NCBI RefSeq assembly: GCF_021869535.1
Contig: NW_026262593.1
Location: 45,446,001-45,510,000, forward strand
Direction: 5' to 3'
Source: Mytilus californianus
Lineage: Eukaryota
DNA: 64,000 bases
This document shows, piece after piece, positions 1 to 12,760 of the stretch (positions within the stretch are counted from its first letter, which is position 1; every line of letters starts with the position of its first letter). Position numbers and translations under genes: made by a program. A model generated the notes under the pieces. It searched no databases. It was given only the letters and a program-made list of their open reading frames with translations, and had not been told where the DNA came from.

Positions 1-32
1 TGAGAGAGTTTCCTTTTTGTTTGTCCTTTTGA

Positions 33-1185
33 CGGAAGCAGGACAAATCGCCCCACTGGCAAATCGCCCCACACCAAATCGCCCCGCTTTTTCACCAACT
101 CGCCCAACTTTTAAAAAAATCGCCCCAAACTAGTTTACCAACTCGCCCCACTTTTTAAAAAATCGCCCCACTTGTGAAAAGGGTTAAACCCCATTAATTT
201 TTCTCCTGCCAACTCGCCCCACTTAATGAAAAAAGGTAAAATCTAGATGAATATATAATTTTCAGGTCTGCCAACTCGCCCCACTTAAATGAAAACTAAT
301 CTACACAGAATACAAAAAAACGAAAATTTATTAAATTGTTATTATTGAAATTAGTTGATGTTTCACTTTCTTAAAATATAATTGTAAATACATTATTTAT
401 TATCATGCAATTTTCGTATTATTGGAGAATAACTTTATTCTTGTAAGCTTAGTTATTTGCATAACAATTGAAAAGAAACCTGTTAATTGTATCACAATCC
501 GATATTTTATCATAACAATTGAAGGATTTCAATTAACAGCAATTTGTTTTTATAGCACTAAACGGATTGGTTACTTTTGTCTTTGAATTAAGAATAATTA
601 AACACTAACGAGCAATCAGTGAAAGGCAAATGTTACTTTCAAGTAAACATGGTTAATATCAAAGAGAATGTCCATTCATTCTAGTCAAAGCAGGTTTTGT
701 TGTTTTTGAAAAATTGATTGGTAAGTTTTGTTTATGGTTTGAAAGAAAATACAAAATTGAGAAATTCATTGCTTGGTTTCAAAATTATAAAAAAGTAAAG
801 TAGCCTTTGTATTCCTCTTGTTACACGTATGTATTGTGTCTGAGTGATCAAATAAAAGTTAAAGTTATAAAGTTATAAAGTCATGCATTTACTATGTCTA
901 CTGTGTATCATTGTGCTGTATTGCAGGCAGCATATCTACAAATAGACTCTTACGCCAGTGTGGTCGTGTCAACGGTCCAGTCGTGGAAGCAGACAGCTAC
1001 TGAACTGTCTAATGACAATCAATTTTACCCTTTTTCATACGTGGGGCGAGTTGGTAAACAAGAGTGGGGCGATTTTTTAGAAAGTGGGGCGAGTTGGTGA
1101 AAAAGTGGGGCGATTTTTTAGAAAGTGGGGCGAGTTGGTGAAAAAGTGGGGCGATTAGGTGTGGGGCGATTTGTCATGGATTCCC
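33..1185. mobile_element. Non-autonomous DNA transposon (MITE) with subterminal AACTCGCCCCAC/AAATCGCCCCAC repeats
   Basis: Left end CGGAAGCAGGACAAATCGCCCCAC mirrors the right end GTGGGGCGATTTGTCATGGATTCCC. Arrays of the CGCCCCAC motif point inward at both ends. TTTGA flanks both sides (28-32, 1186-1190) as a probable 5-bp TSD. Confidence 0.85.
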
Positions 1186-3538
1186 TTTGACTATCTCTGT
1201 TAGCCATGATGTTAATAAAGGAAATGATTATAAAGTTGAAAAAGAAGTTTTACTCACGTGTGAAATGGGAATATAAATGTCCAATTTAAGCTACTTAAAT
1301 CCAAACAGGGAAAACTACGTCACAGCTTACACTATTTAAGTTTATGTTGATCGTTGCAGTCTAGATGACGGACTAATACATTAAAACTCCCATTTACGTA
1401 GATTTTAAAGGAAAGAAGTACACAGTAATGAAGTATGGTTATGTTATAACACAGCAGTAAACGAACACAGTTCAGAATTAAAAACAAAGAACTAGATTCA
1501 CAAAATAAATGGCTTTCCTTTTCAAAAGAATTTGCAAAACCGAGTTCTTACTACGTGTACCTTTCTAAATATGGAACAATCAATAAGAGTCGTGCGAGAT
1601 TTTTTAACACGCCTACATTATATATACGCTTACAATAATTTTCCAAATCAAAATCAGGTATCGACAGCATACCGTTTCAAACGAAACTATATGATACTGT
1701 TTACGAGTTTATTTTTTTATCTCAAAATTTTCAAAAAGCAAAACTTATGTGTCGGAACAGAATGAATCAATTTTTCAAATGAATTATTATATTTTACACC
1801 TTAAACAATTTATTTTTCTATAATAAAAAAAATATGTCTGTAAAAGCGTGCAATTGCATCTCTTGTTCGCAAAGCTTGAAAAGATTTTCTTTGGGCGCTG
1901 TCATATTAATTTGCTCATGTAGGAACGATATATCATATAGGGTCAACGATGCTAAAGATCGTTAGAACTAAATAACCCTCGGGCAGTAATTAGTGTAGAG
2001 TAGCATGAGAATATAACTCCTTAACCATAAGACACAAATAAGTTAGGAAGAGTGGTACGCGCATAAAAACAACTAACCAAAAGACAAAAGAAACAAACAA
2101 TCGATCTAAGAGTATGCACACTTACCGAATGCTAGTTCAAAGCCAAATGTCTACTATTATATCCCCCCCCCCCCGAAAAAAAACCTTTCGTTTAAGCTAC
2201 ACGGGGACTACATTTCGGAATCGTCATCGTTTTATCATACTATTGAATTATGTTACTTACTAAAAATAACAGTCGATATAAACTTTTTTTCTGGAATTAG
2301 GTTCCTTATGAAAATAGAAATCCAGAATTTGAAAGCCAATACGCGAAGAGCTGTATATGACAAAAACAAATATGCTACACAGTGACCCAAGCTAGGATTC
2401 GGTACAGGGATTCGATATGTAGATATGTAGATGTTTTGTTGTATACAAAAGATTCAACGATGACTGTAGATGAGGGGAAAACTATATTATATGAATGAAA
2501 ATCTTATGACAGTGATGGCCTTGAAATTTGAACCTGATACGCGCCATATTATATATGTACTGTCGAAGCTTGTACATCTATGTTGACTTATTGTGTAATA
2601 CCAAAGGACTTTAAGTTCGTGTAATTTTAGTACCAGTAGACAACTCTAAATTCATTTGGTAATCTTACTGACAAAGACAATTATAGGTCATTTGCGAGTT
2701 TTATAACGATTGCTTGAATAATTGATAAACAAATGTACACTGTTTTTTTTCAAATTGAACACCTTGAATTTTTTTTAGTTATGCTGATATGTGTAAAATT
2801 AGCAGGTCAGTTGCTGGGTTGACACACTTTTAGTGGTAAAGTTTTATAAAATTAACGGTACCAAATTTTCTGCATCATTCCTTCGAAAGTTTTACGAACT
2901 CTATCCGAAGACCACTGATATTTGCCAGTTGTCGTTACCACAATCCAGTTCTCTTTATCTCCATTGATACACCACCAAATCTATACTTGATCTTCCAAAA
3001 AGGTATCAGGTTTTGCTTCTAGTCTTGTATTTTTTTTCCTATATACATTGTTTTGTTTTTAAATAATAAAATTGCACATCCAATCTCAATTTTAAATAGT
3101 GCATTGTAAACACAAGGTTGTATAAGGGGAAATACCTATTTTTGACTCCTATTTATTGAAGAAATAAACATTGACCATCCAGATAGGTGTTCTCTAATTT
3201 CCCCATATATATTGTGTCATTCTAGCAATCCTATTACTACAATCATATCTATACAAAAATGTACAAAAGCTTTATTTAAAGTCGGACATGTTTACATGTA
3301 TGACACATACAACACAAACTCTACGGAGCTTTTAAACCGACAAAGACAAACTTAAAACATAAGATATGATAATATATAGACATACATACATGTAAGACAT
3401 GGCATACACACAAGCTTCAATACACAAGTATACAAAATAATCATATTCAACAACACAAGCATACACATTTTAAAAACTAAGCATTCATTCAATTATTCAG
3501 TATTAAATGCAGATCTATTTTATGTTATTAAACACAGT

Positions 3539-6500
3539 TTAAGACATGGATTCTCCATTCGTTAAATACTTTGTCGGTTCATAAATATCATTTATCTGAA
3601 TATCAGCACCTACTGGTGGTATTGATGTATCGTCATACATGACACTATACATAGGATTTTCTGCTCCATGTACTTTTCCTTTTACATCATTTAATGATAT
3701 CCTTCTCCTGTAATGTTAAATCACTACTATTATTTTCACTTTTAAAATAAAAACAGATCTTAGAATAACATAGCTATATCATTTATTAATTGTTTTCACT
3801 TTCGAAATATTTGGTCGTAAATGGAGCGAATTTTATTACAGAAACTAGTGTTGTGTGCATGAAAATATTAATTTTTTTATACAAGATATAAATCACCAAT
3901 AAAAAACTTTCGATTATACAGCGTAAGAAAGATAAACCATGAATCATTAATCATTAACTAATGATATCAACGACAATGAATTAGACAGATTTCTATTTAT
4001 TTAACAAAAATGAAAATAAATACCTTCTGATGACAAAAACTGCAACAATAATACCTGCTACCACAACTGCCACACAAACTCCACCGATGATGTAACCTTA
4101 AAACATAAACCATTAAGTATGCATGTATATTTAACGTAACTGTTATCCCGATAATATTATTATGATAACGGGAACGACTTTCCAAAGAAAACGTTGCCAC
4201 CATCCATCTAATTTAACTTTTTTTCATTTCTCCTTTGCTGATGAACACCTACAGTCAATATAGTCGTAGTCTAGTAGTTGGTAATACAAAGAACCAGCAA
4301 CACGATCAGATTTGTTTTAACTTGAGTAGTAACACATCAGTAAGTGAAGGACCATCTAGTTTTAAAATTTCCATTACATGACGATCGAAGACCATACATG
4401 TAGTTATCAAACTTTTAATCATATAAGATTTTTTTCAGAACTATTTGATGATAAGGAACTTATATATTTGTCGAATTATGACAATCATACTTTGTAAATT
4501 CTCAGCATGACCTGCAACTGAATTTTAATAAGAATTAAAAAAACTGTCATTTATTCAGGATTTAACTTGTTATAATCGCAAATACATATAAATAAAGCAG
4601 CAACCATACGACAAAAGGTATAAAAATATGTCAAAAGAGTTACTGATTTGGACATTTTGAGGGACGAATCTATTGCTTTTATTACTCAATCCTAATTGAT
4701 TAATTCTGAATCAGTGCGGTAGCAATATGTACATGTACATAGTCAAACATAGCTCTTCCAAATTGTTTTCGTCCTGGGCTGATATGCAGTAAAAAGTAAA
4801 ATCACAAAAATACTGAACTCCGAGGAAAATTCAAAACGGAAAGTCCCTAATCAAATGGCAAAATCAAATGATAAAACACATCATTCGAATGGACAACAAC
4901 TGTCATATTCCTAACTTGGTACAGGCATTTTCAAATATAGAAAATGGTGGATTGAACCTGGTTTTATAGCGCTAAACCTCTCACTTGTATGACAGTCGCA
5001 TCAAATTTCGTTATATTTACAACGATGCGTGAACAAAACAGACAAAATAGGTGAAATAGTCACACTATGGGTACAACAGTCATCACTGTGTCACAATCTC
5101 AAAACAAACAAATATTTAACAAAAAAGCACAGAAAAGTAAAATCACAAAATTACTGAGCTCATAGGAAAATTCAAAACGGAAAGTCCCTAATCAAACGGC
5201 AAAATCAAATGATAAAACACATCAAACGAATGGACAACAACATCGTTAAGCATCTATAAAATTTAAAAACCACATTCATTGCTTCACTAGTCTGACGTCA
5301 GAAAATGTAAACGTCACATAGGAAGAAATCACTTAAGTTAAGATATCCAATCGTAGTATTAATTTATCGTAGGACATGTAGAAAAATCCGTCCGGTTGGA
5401 ACAAATTTTAATTGTATAGTTTATAGTTTTATGCATTTTAGTAATAGTTATATCATAAGGACGAGGAGTGTCAGTGTAAGATCATCCCGATGGCCAGAGG
5501 CCAGAGGGTGATCTAACACTGACACACCAAGTCCGAATGGGATAACTATTTTACATCCCAGCTGTTCTAGATTTGATAAAAAACCATTTACGCTTCATAA
5601 AATCTAGTTTAGAACGCCACACAATCATTCTTACATACTTTATACATTACTATATGGTATATAACCTTTATGAGCCCCGGAAACAATGTTTAAATATGTT
5701 AAGTTAACATTGATTGTATCCAGTCGTGCTAGTGTAGGGGTATGACTCGTGGGTCTATATGCCAAAGGTCTTGAGTTCGAATCCCAGCATAGACACTGAA
5801 TTTTTCATCATAAATTTTGATAGTTAGTCTTTTCCGAAAATATTTCTAAGTTTTAGTATTAATTTAACATTCCCGCCAAAATGTTACAGAACAAAGCAAA
5901 GCATGCAGAACAAAGAAACTCAAGCTAGGGTGATCTGGTAGGGGTGATCCGGCTCACCCCGGTAGAACAAAGGAAGTCCATTTTAGGTATTGAATAACAA
6001 CAAAAAGATCATCAAAAATAGTTTAACTATGTCATATCGGAAAGGCATCTAAAAATCATTTCATACATGGCACAAACAATTTGATTTACAGCTTTACTGT
6101 ACTGCCAGTGTACAAATTTTAGTTGTCAAAAAGTTTTTTTTTTTTTAGTTTGAATCATACACTTATTACCTGTATTTGACTTGTGTGTTGGTTTCTGTCC
6201 GGTGGCACCTGCAATAGTTTTATCAAATAGTTGAATAATATCATTTCGCAAATAATTTTCAACAGTCGAATACTTTTGTCAGTTTTAACAGTTACAAATG
6301 CAGAAGTCTTTACAAGTTGTCCGGTTATTCAGTCCAAATATATTATCGTATTTAGGTTTTTTTTAAATGTATTTAGAACACAGTCAATAAATAAGACAAC
6401 CATGAAGTAAAACAAGAAAATAACCGACTATAATAGGAGTAATTAAATAATATCATATACGTAAATATGCATTGTACACGTCAAAATAGTTATTAAAAAA

Positions 6501-9500
6501 GGAATTTCCACAATAATTGATAGTTTGAGTCTTATATGTTGATAAGGTTTCTTACTGCGTCTTAAGGGACCGCCTTGATTGGTGACTAGTTGTGTAGTTA
6601 GTGGAGTATTTGGTCTAGCCGTCTTCTTTTTCATTCCGTGAATAGTTGTAGGTCTCATTGTTGGAACAGGTGTCGGTGATTTTGACCGCGAAGCCTTCTT
6701 TGGTCTCGTTGCTGGAATAGGTGTCGGTGACAAAGTCGTCTTCGCTTTCGTCGTTCGCATTGGTTGATTAGTTGTTGTTGAAGGTGTTGTTTCTTGAGTT
6801 GTTGATGCAGATACAGGAGACTGAGTTGTTGTTAATTTAGGTGAATTTACTTTTGGAGTTAATGTCGACGATACAAAAGTCGTTGGAACACGGGTTGTAG
6901 CTTGTAATGACGTTGATGACGCCTTTACCAAGTTAGTGGTTAGTGCAGGTGGTTTTGTTGACTGAGTAGTTGGTGAAGTTGTTGTCGATGTGTGTCTAGT
7001 TGATAATTTTGTGGTCGATTTCTGTGTAGTTGGTGTAGTTATCTTCTTCGACTGAGTAGTCGGTGCAGGTGTTGTCGATTTCCGAGTGGTTCGTGCATGT
7101 GTAGTCATTGACTGTGTGGTCGGTTCAGGTGTTGTTGGTGACATAGTACTCGATACATGTGTCGTCGTTGACGGGGTTGTTGAATCAGTTGTTGCCCTTG
7201 GCAAAGTTGTGAGTTTAGGTGTTGATGTTGAATGGGTTGCAGGTGTATTTGTTGGTGTAGTTGTTCGCTTCTGATTAGTTGATATTGATGTTGTCCTTGT
7301 TGGAGTTGTTGTTGACAGAATAGTAGAAGACCTGGATTTTATGACAGTAGTCAATGGAAAAGTTTTAACAGATAAAGATGTGGTTTTAGGCAGACTAGTC
7401 GTTGATCTAGGTGTGGTTGGTATAAATTCTGTTGAATAAATCCATTAATTATCTAAACACGTTTATTGAATAGTTTTAATTATCCATTAGATTTTTCTAA
7501 AATATTGTAACGTATTTAATAAGTGTGCTAACAAATTCGTTGTCTTTTTTAAAACCTTATATAGATATAAGAAGATGTGGTATGAGTGCCAATGAGACAA
7601 CTCTCCATCCAAGTAAAAATTTATAAAAGTAAACCATTATAGGTCACATACATTTCTCCTTAAAAAATGTGTATAGATCTGCGGCATTCGAAAAACATTA
7701 CGGTTAACATGGTTAAGGCATCAGTTATGAATACCTGTATTATATAAATAAGGGAAGATGAAATAATATAAAAAAAAATACTAAACCCTTTATTTAATAT
7801 AGAAAGCGGTCTGATAATTTTTTCACTGACAAATTTTAGGAAAAAGGGATATTAACTTCAGCACAAATCAACTTTTAAAGGATCTACGTAATTGAGCGAC
7901 ACAATAGTATACCGGACCGAGAAAAAAAATTATGTTATTTTGAGTAAGACATGACACTCCCTTAGGCAAGAAAACGCTTACGGTTCCAAATATTTTGAAA
8001 TGTTCAAACGGTTAAATGGCTTTATAAGCTAAAGTGAAAAACTAAATGAAGTAGTTATTATAATAACCGATTATAAACCATATTTACTGTATTCGCATAT
8101 ACTGCTGTAATGATATTTTGGAAAGTTGCATGGGTAGTCATGCCATTTATAGTTATCATCTCGGCGAATCACGGCGCAATCTTCCAATGCTCCACTTGAG
8201 AAAAGAAATCCTCTGTTTCCTGGTCCTTGTCCACTTTCCCAGTTTCCCCAGGTCATTTTTTGGCCTATCGTTTGAAAAAAAAATGAAAATAAGCATTTAA
8301 TAGTCAGACAACAGTAAACACGCGTTATCAAAACATTTCATATAATAATATGTCATTTGTGTACCTACTTTGCTTTACTGTGATTAAGTAAAAATTTGAT
8401 CAATACAAATACATTTGTATGGGAAAAACACAACCTTGTTTTCGAGAAGTGATTAATATTTTTTTAAATTCATCAAAGAAACTAGACTGGCGTTTCGTTT
8501 CGTCTACACAGATTGGCACTCGAATTAAGAAAGACGAAGTACTTGACGGATCAAATTTCAAGTGCATTGAAAAATATAAGAATTACCCGATGAATGAATT
8601 GTATGTGTATAGTAATCACTGTGTAGCATCATCACCGGATATAGGTACCCCCGAATCGGTGGAAAAAAAAAATTTGAATTAGGGTAAAGGTCGACTTCTT
8701 CTTATTTTCATTAAAGTCTACGTTTTGCCGACAAGTAAAGTTTTGTGATACTGATTCCTAATATTGAAGCTACTATTTCGAGCTGATTATAACCATGGTG
8801 ACCTTTAATTGACTTTCTCTCTCTTCAAACTGTCAGATTCGGCTAAGGGTACCTGTTCAACGAAGCATATGACGAGTTCTAACTTGTTAAAAACGTATTT
8901 ATCCTTCAACTATTCATTTAAAATTTTCGTAGAACAAAGGTATATCATATTTAAGCTTGAACAATACTGTATTTTAAAATTAACTATTGTTTACACAGAG
9001 AAATTCATGTGAATAAAGCGAATAATAAATTAAATTGTATGCCGAAAAGTTGTTAACTGTACGGGGATTATAATAGGTACTTCTTGTTATTTTATTTTTT
9101 TTTTGCTTTGGGGGTTCCTATATCCAGTTGTGATGCTACACAGTGGCAATGGAGTGGCTACTGTAAACGATTCTTTTAACAGTTTTTTTTTCATTTGAAT
9201 TATTTGAAATTGTATATCAAATTTGATTTATAAGAACCTTACTGTCTAAGATGTCAGGTGAACTTTCTTAACTAGACTCAAAACTAGCGAACAAGAAGAT
9301 GTATCAAGATCAAGCTAGCCAACAACAATGAAAAACGCACCAAACTGATCATACATTTGTACATAAAAACCTGGTTTAAAAAAAAAAAAAACATGTAACG
9401 CCTGGTACTTTTCTTTTGTGATTATACCTACTCCATATTTAGTTGTAAATTTATATGTAAATAACGAATATGGAAAAAATAAGATTCTTCTTTAATGTAT

Positions 9501-11147
9501 TATTTTATAGCATATACTTTTCATATGGATCCTACTATTTGCACTTCTTCGAGATCCTTAAATGTAGATATTAGTAAACGAGCATACCATTTACCCATTT
9601 CCACTGTCCTTCCTTTTCTCTATCAGTGCCACCAATCCAGATACCTTTTCTATGCCAGCCAGCTGTTTGTAAGGCTTTCGTAATGAATTGTTGTTTTGTC
9701 ATGTCTTGTATCATTACCAAGTCTCCGTGGTGTTGTGTACAATATCGTCTTGCATCATACCAGGAGTGCTCGTCATGTATCAGCTCAATACATGTATCAT
9801 TGTAGGCAAACAAGTGGTTATCTCTTGGAATGCTCTGAGGGCATCGCTGAACATTCCCTATTGGGTAATTAATTAAGAAAATGAAAAATCGAATTTGATT
9901 GTTTTAACTGCTTCTTTATATCATACTGTCTTCATAGATACTTAATATTTGCAACCTTTTACATGAAATATTTGACAAAAATGTGTAATTATTATCGCGT
10001 GAAGTTTCTCTAGATGGAGTTTGAAATCAATGTCAAGGACAGCATACATACAGAAGATGCTGTTCATTTTAATTATAATCAGAGAGAATAAATTTAATTT
10101 ATTAACTCAACAATTGCAGACAAAACATCATAGAAGTGGTAGATTTATAAAATAGAAATACTTGCATTGATCAACATTAAGAATGTATTTACTCGAATGT
10201 ATAACTAGTATTAAATTTTAGATTGAATATATATGAAATCTTCAGAATTGTTTACCAGTACATGTAATTGCAGTTTAATGTTTGTTTTAAATACACAATA
10301 CTGTTAAAGATGTTTAAATATTTCATTCTTCTTTCTGTTATTTAGTCACACGGATCAACTATATATGAATAAAACTAAATATTAACGGTAATATAACCAG
10401 TGGCACATTAAATCACTTAAATTTTCCTGTTATTCGCCAACTTGAATTTTTTTTTACAGTTTTTTAGACAATTTATTATGATTTGTGTTTAATAACGGGA
10501 ATGACTAAATAATTTTGATTTGCTTATCACTTTAACATTGTCATAAAAACTTCGTTACGATGAAAATGAATAGTTAGGATCATGGAATCATACATTTGCA
10601 ACAATTAATACAATATTCGAGTAGAACATAATGTTATATAATATATCTTTATTGATATTTGATTATATAACACACACAAGTAAAGGCGCATTGACAAACA
10701 AAGATGTTAACATTTTGCAAAAATTAATTTTTTTATACAGATTATCTATTATAATCGTTTGAGTTTTCCTATTCTGTTTTCAGCAAAATGTTCTTTTTTC
10801 ATAGTTTTAAAACATTTTATCAAATGCCAAAAAAAAATATTAATGCTTAGACACATACACACTTAATATTTAATAATTCATGACAGGAGTAACAATTGTC
10901 TGCGAACAATTTCAAAATATAAAATCACATTTCACACAAAAGCATGTACACATACGAGAAAAATCAGACTTTTAACATGAGCCATCAATGGATGAGCATT
11001 GTACAGAAACCCTTGCTTGTCTGAACGCTCGTACCTCACACCTTAGACTACAGATTACCTACCGTGATCTACTATTCCGTCAAAAAACCATGGTTCACAA
11101 TAGGACAAAAATGAGACGAATATAATAAAAATAAATAATCTATCCAT
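3539..11147 (-). CDS. CTL-1: type I transmembrane C-type lectin with mucin stalk and tyrosine-motif cytoplasmic tail (7 exons, 561 aa)
   Basis: Exons (minus): 11147-11063 signal peptide MDRLFIFIIFVSFLSYCEPW; 9857-9588 and 8264-8088 lectin domain (WIGG, EDC, WHDYPC); 7428-6556 Thr/Ser/Pro stalk; 6208-6170 linker SATGQKPTHKSNT; 4096-4024 TM GYIIGGVCVAVVVAGIIVAVFVIRR; 3707-3539 tail ending NGESMS*. All junctions are GT-AG with matching phases. Total 1686 nt is one open frame. Confidence 0.88.
4793..5260 (+). repeat. Dispersed mussel-type repeat (AAAAGTAAAATCACAAAAATACTGAACTCCGAGG family) with internal partial duplication
   Basis: Near-identical copies occur at about 33862-34095 (minus), 46293-46520 (minus) and 54240-54640 (plus). 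The 5' segment is repeated at about 5135-5240. Lies in a CTL-1 intron. Confidence 0.8.
5443..5550. repeat. Imperfect palindrome / hairpin element
   Basis: Arms AATAGTTAT..GTGTCAGTGT.AGATCA.CCC pair with GGG.TGATCT.ACACTGACAC..ATAACTATT around a GGCCAGAGGCC apex. Confidence 0.8.
5722..5795 (+). pseudogene. tRNA-derived sequence (pseudo-tRNA or SINE head)
   Basis: Pol III A-box-like TAGTGTAGGGG and B-box GAGTTCGAATCCC at tRNA spacing. Stems are mismatched, so it is not a functional tRNA. Confidence 0.5.
7563..7650 (+). repeat. Short abundant dispersed repeat (AAGAAGATGTGGTATGATTGCCAATGAGACAACTCTCC family)
   Basis: The same motif recurs in both orientations near 13090-13225, 18276-18330, 25715, 31740, 33530-33640, 37065-37200, 42810-42980, 45570-45665, 59750-59825 and 60045. 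Confidence 0.8.
8617..9145 (+). mobile_element. MITE with CACTGTG termini and 5-bp TSD (Transib/RAG-like superfamily signature), copy 1
   Basis: About 35-bp TIR CACTGTGTAGCATCA(T/C)CACCGGATATAGGTACCCC. Flanks are GTAAT and GCAAT (4/5 match). Homologous along its length to 58943-59448 in the opposite orientation. Lies in CTL-1 intron 2. Confidence 0.8.
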
Positions 11148-11562
11148 GTTTGACAACAAATGAAATGATGATGCAGTTTTAGATAGGCAAGTTATATGTA
11201 GACAATCAGTATACTATCAGCTTGTCCAAACTAACATGTAGACAGTCCAGCATCGTACGATGTGATACATATATGTTTATCTATAAACCAAAATAAAAGC
11301 CATCATTTACATTAAATTGATAATGAAAAGGGATGATTTGTTTGTTGACAAGTCCTTCAGTTTTATTATTATTATTAATATCATTTTTATCATTCTTGTT
11401 ATATTATCGCTATTATTACATTGTATAATTTAGTCGTTTTGTCGTGTGATTATTAGGGAAGAGGAGAAATCCTTACGGAATCTACAACACTCTTTGTCAT
11501 TATACGTGATAATTAATCGTTGATCGATCTTTAGTTTTATATGGTGACTGTGTGGTGTGTAC

Positions 11563-12082
11563 TGTTTGTCTTTTCGCCGTTTTTCTTTTTTTTGCCATGA
11601 CATAATATTGTCAGATTGTTTTTTGTCTTTTCGCCGTTTTTCTTTTTTTTTGCCATGACATAATATTGTCAGATTGTTTTTTGTCTTTTCGCCGTTTTTC
11701 TTTTTTTTGCCATGACATAATATTGTCAGATTGTTTTTTGTCTTTTCGCCGTTTTTCTTTTTTTTTTGCCATGACATAATATTGTCAGATTGTTTTTTGT
11801 CTTTTCGCCGTTTTTCTTTTTTTTGCCATGACATAATATTGTCAGATTGTTTTTTGTATTTTCGCCGTTTTTCTTTTTTTTGCCATGACATAATATTGTC
11901 AGATTGTTTTTTGTCTTTTCGCCGTTTTTCTTTTTTTTGCCATGACATAATATTGTCAGATTGTTTTTTGTCTTTTCGCCGTTTTTCTTTTTTTTGCCAT
12001 GACATAATATTGTCAGATTGTTTTTTGTCTTTTCGCCGTTTTTCTTTTTTTGCCATGACATAATATTGTCAGATTGTTTTTG
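11563..12082. repeat. Tandem array, about 57-60 bp unit, 9 copies
   Basis: Unit CTTTTCGCCGTTTTTC(T)nGCCATGACATAATATTGTCAGATTGTTTTTTGT. Copies differ mainly in poly-T length. Confidence 0.95.
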
Positions 12083-12217
12083 ATTTATACGTTTGAATGT
12101 CCCTTTGGTATATGTCGCTTTTCTTTCAAAATACGGAATCAGAGCTATACATTCCTTAATTTGAAATGATTTCCTAATTTTATAACATAAAATTCAAATA
12201 AAACAGTATCTGTTTTT

Positions 12218-12760
12218 TTCATGCCAAAACCGAAGTACTAGATCTTGGGCCAATTGTGGACTACCATAGATATAGTAATAGCATTATAAAGTTTGTGCGT
12301 CTGAAGCGCTTTTCTGGATTTACCTTCATCAAGTATTCTCAAACCTAAACAATGCCAAGCCAGGAATACCTAAATACGCTGAAACTTTAGGAGCAAGCTG
12401 TATGACCAAAAAAATCATTAGTGACTTAGTAATTTCTTATTCTACGAACGGGGATTTCAATATAAGTGTATGTTTTAAATCATGTCAGTACCGAAGCAAT
12501 GACCACTGAGCAAATAGTGTACCATTGTGGACTAACATTCCACCAGCAGTATCGACCCAGTGCTAGTTAATGAAATAAATACTAAATATTTCGTGCGTCA
12601 GAAGAGCTTAACTGGATTTACCTTCAACAGAAACGCTCTAACTTAAACATTTAAAAGCCAAGGGTGCGTAAATACACTAAAACGTAGGGAGTGATATAAT
12701 AGGCGGACTGTTCATCCGCGACACTGACCCACTGGTAGTTATATAAACGTGTCATACCGA
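12218..12760 (-). mobile_element. Degenerate tandem (about 2-mer) hammerhead-containing repeat, retrozyme/Penelope-associated type
   Basis: Two copies about 260-300 bp apart. The minus strand reads TTGATGAAGGTAAATCCAGAAAAGCGCTTCAGACGCAC (about 12294-12342) and CTGTTGAAGGTAAATCCAGTTAAGCTCTTCTGACGCAC (about 12593-12635). These are mutated CUGAUGA-stemII-GAAA-palindromic stemIII-UC cores. Confidence 0.6.

Noticed and set aside
3997-4203. ORF MVATFSLES...CGSCGSRYYCC as a small Cys-rich protein
   Set aside because: It is a different frame overlapping the true TM exon (4096-4024) of CTL-1.
11430-12063. Lys/Arg-rich and Phe-rich repetitive ORFs
   Set aside because: They are translations of the 57-60 bp tandem array. 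Frames shift with poly-T length and there is no gene context.
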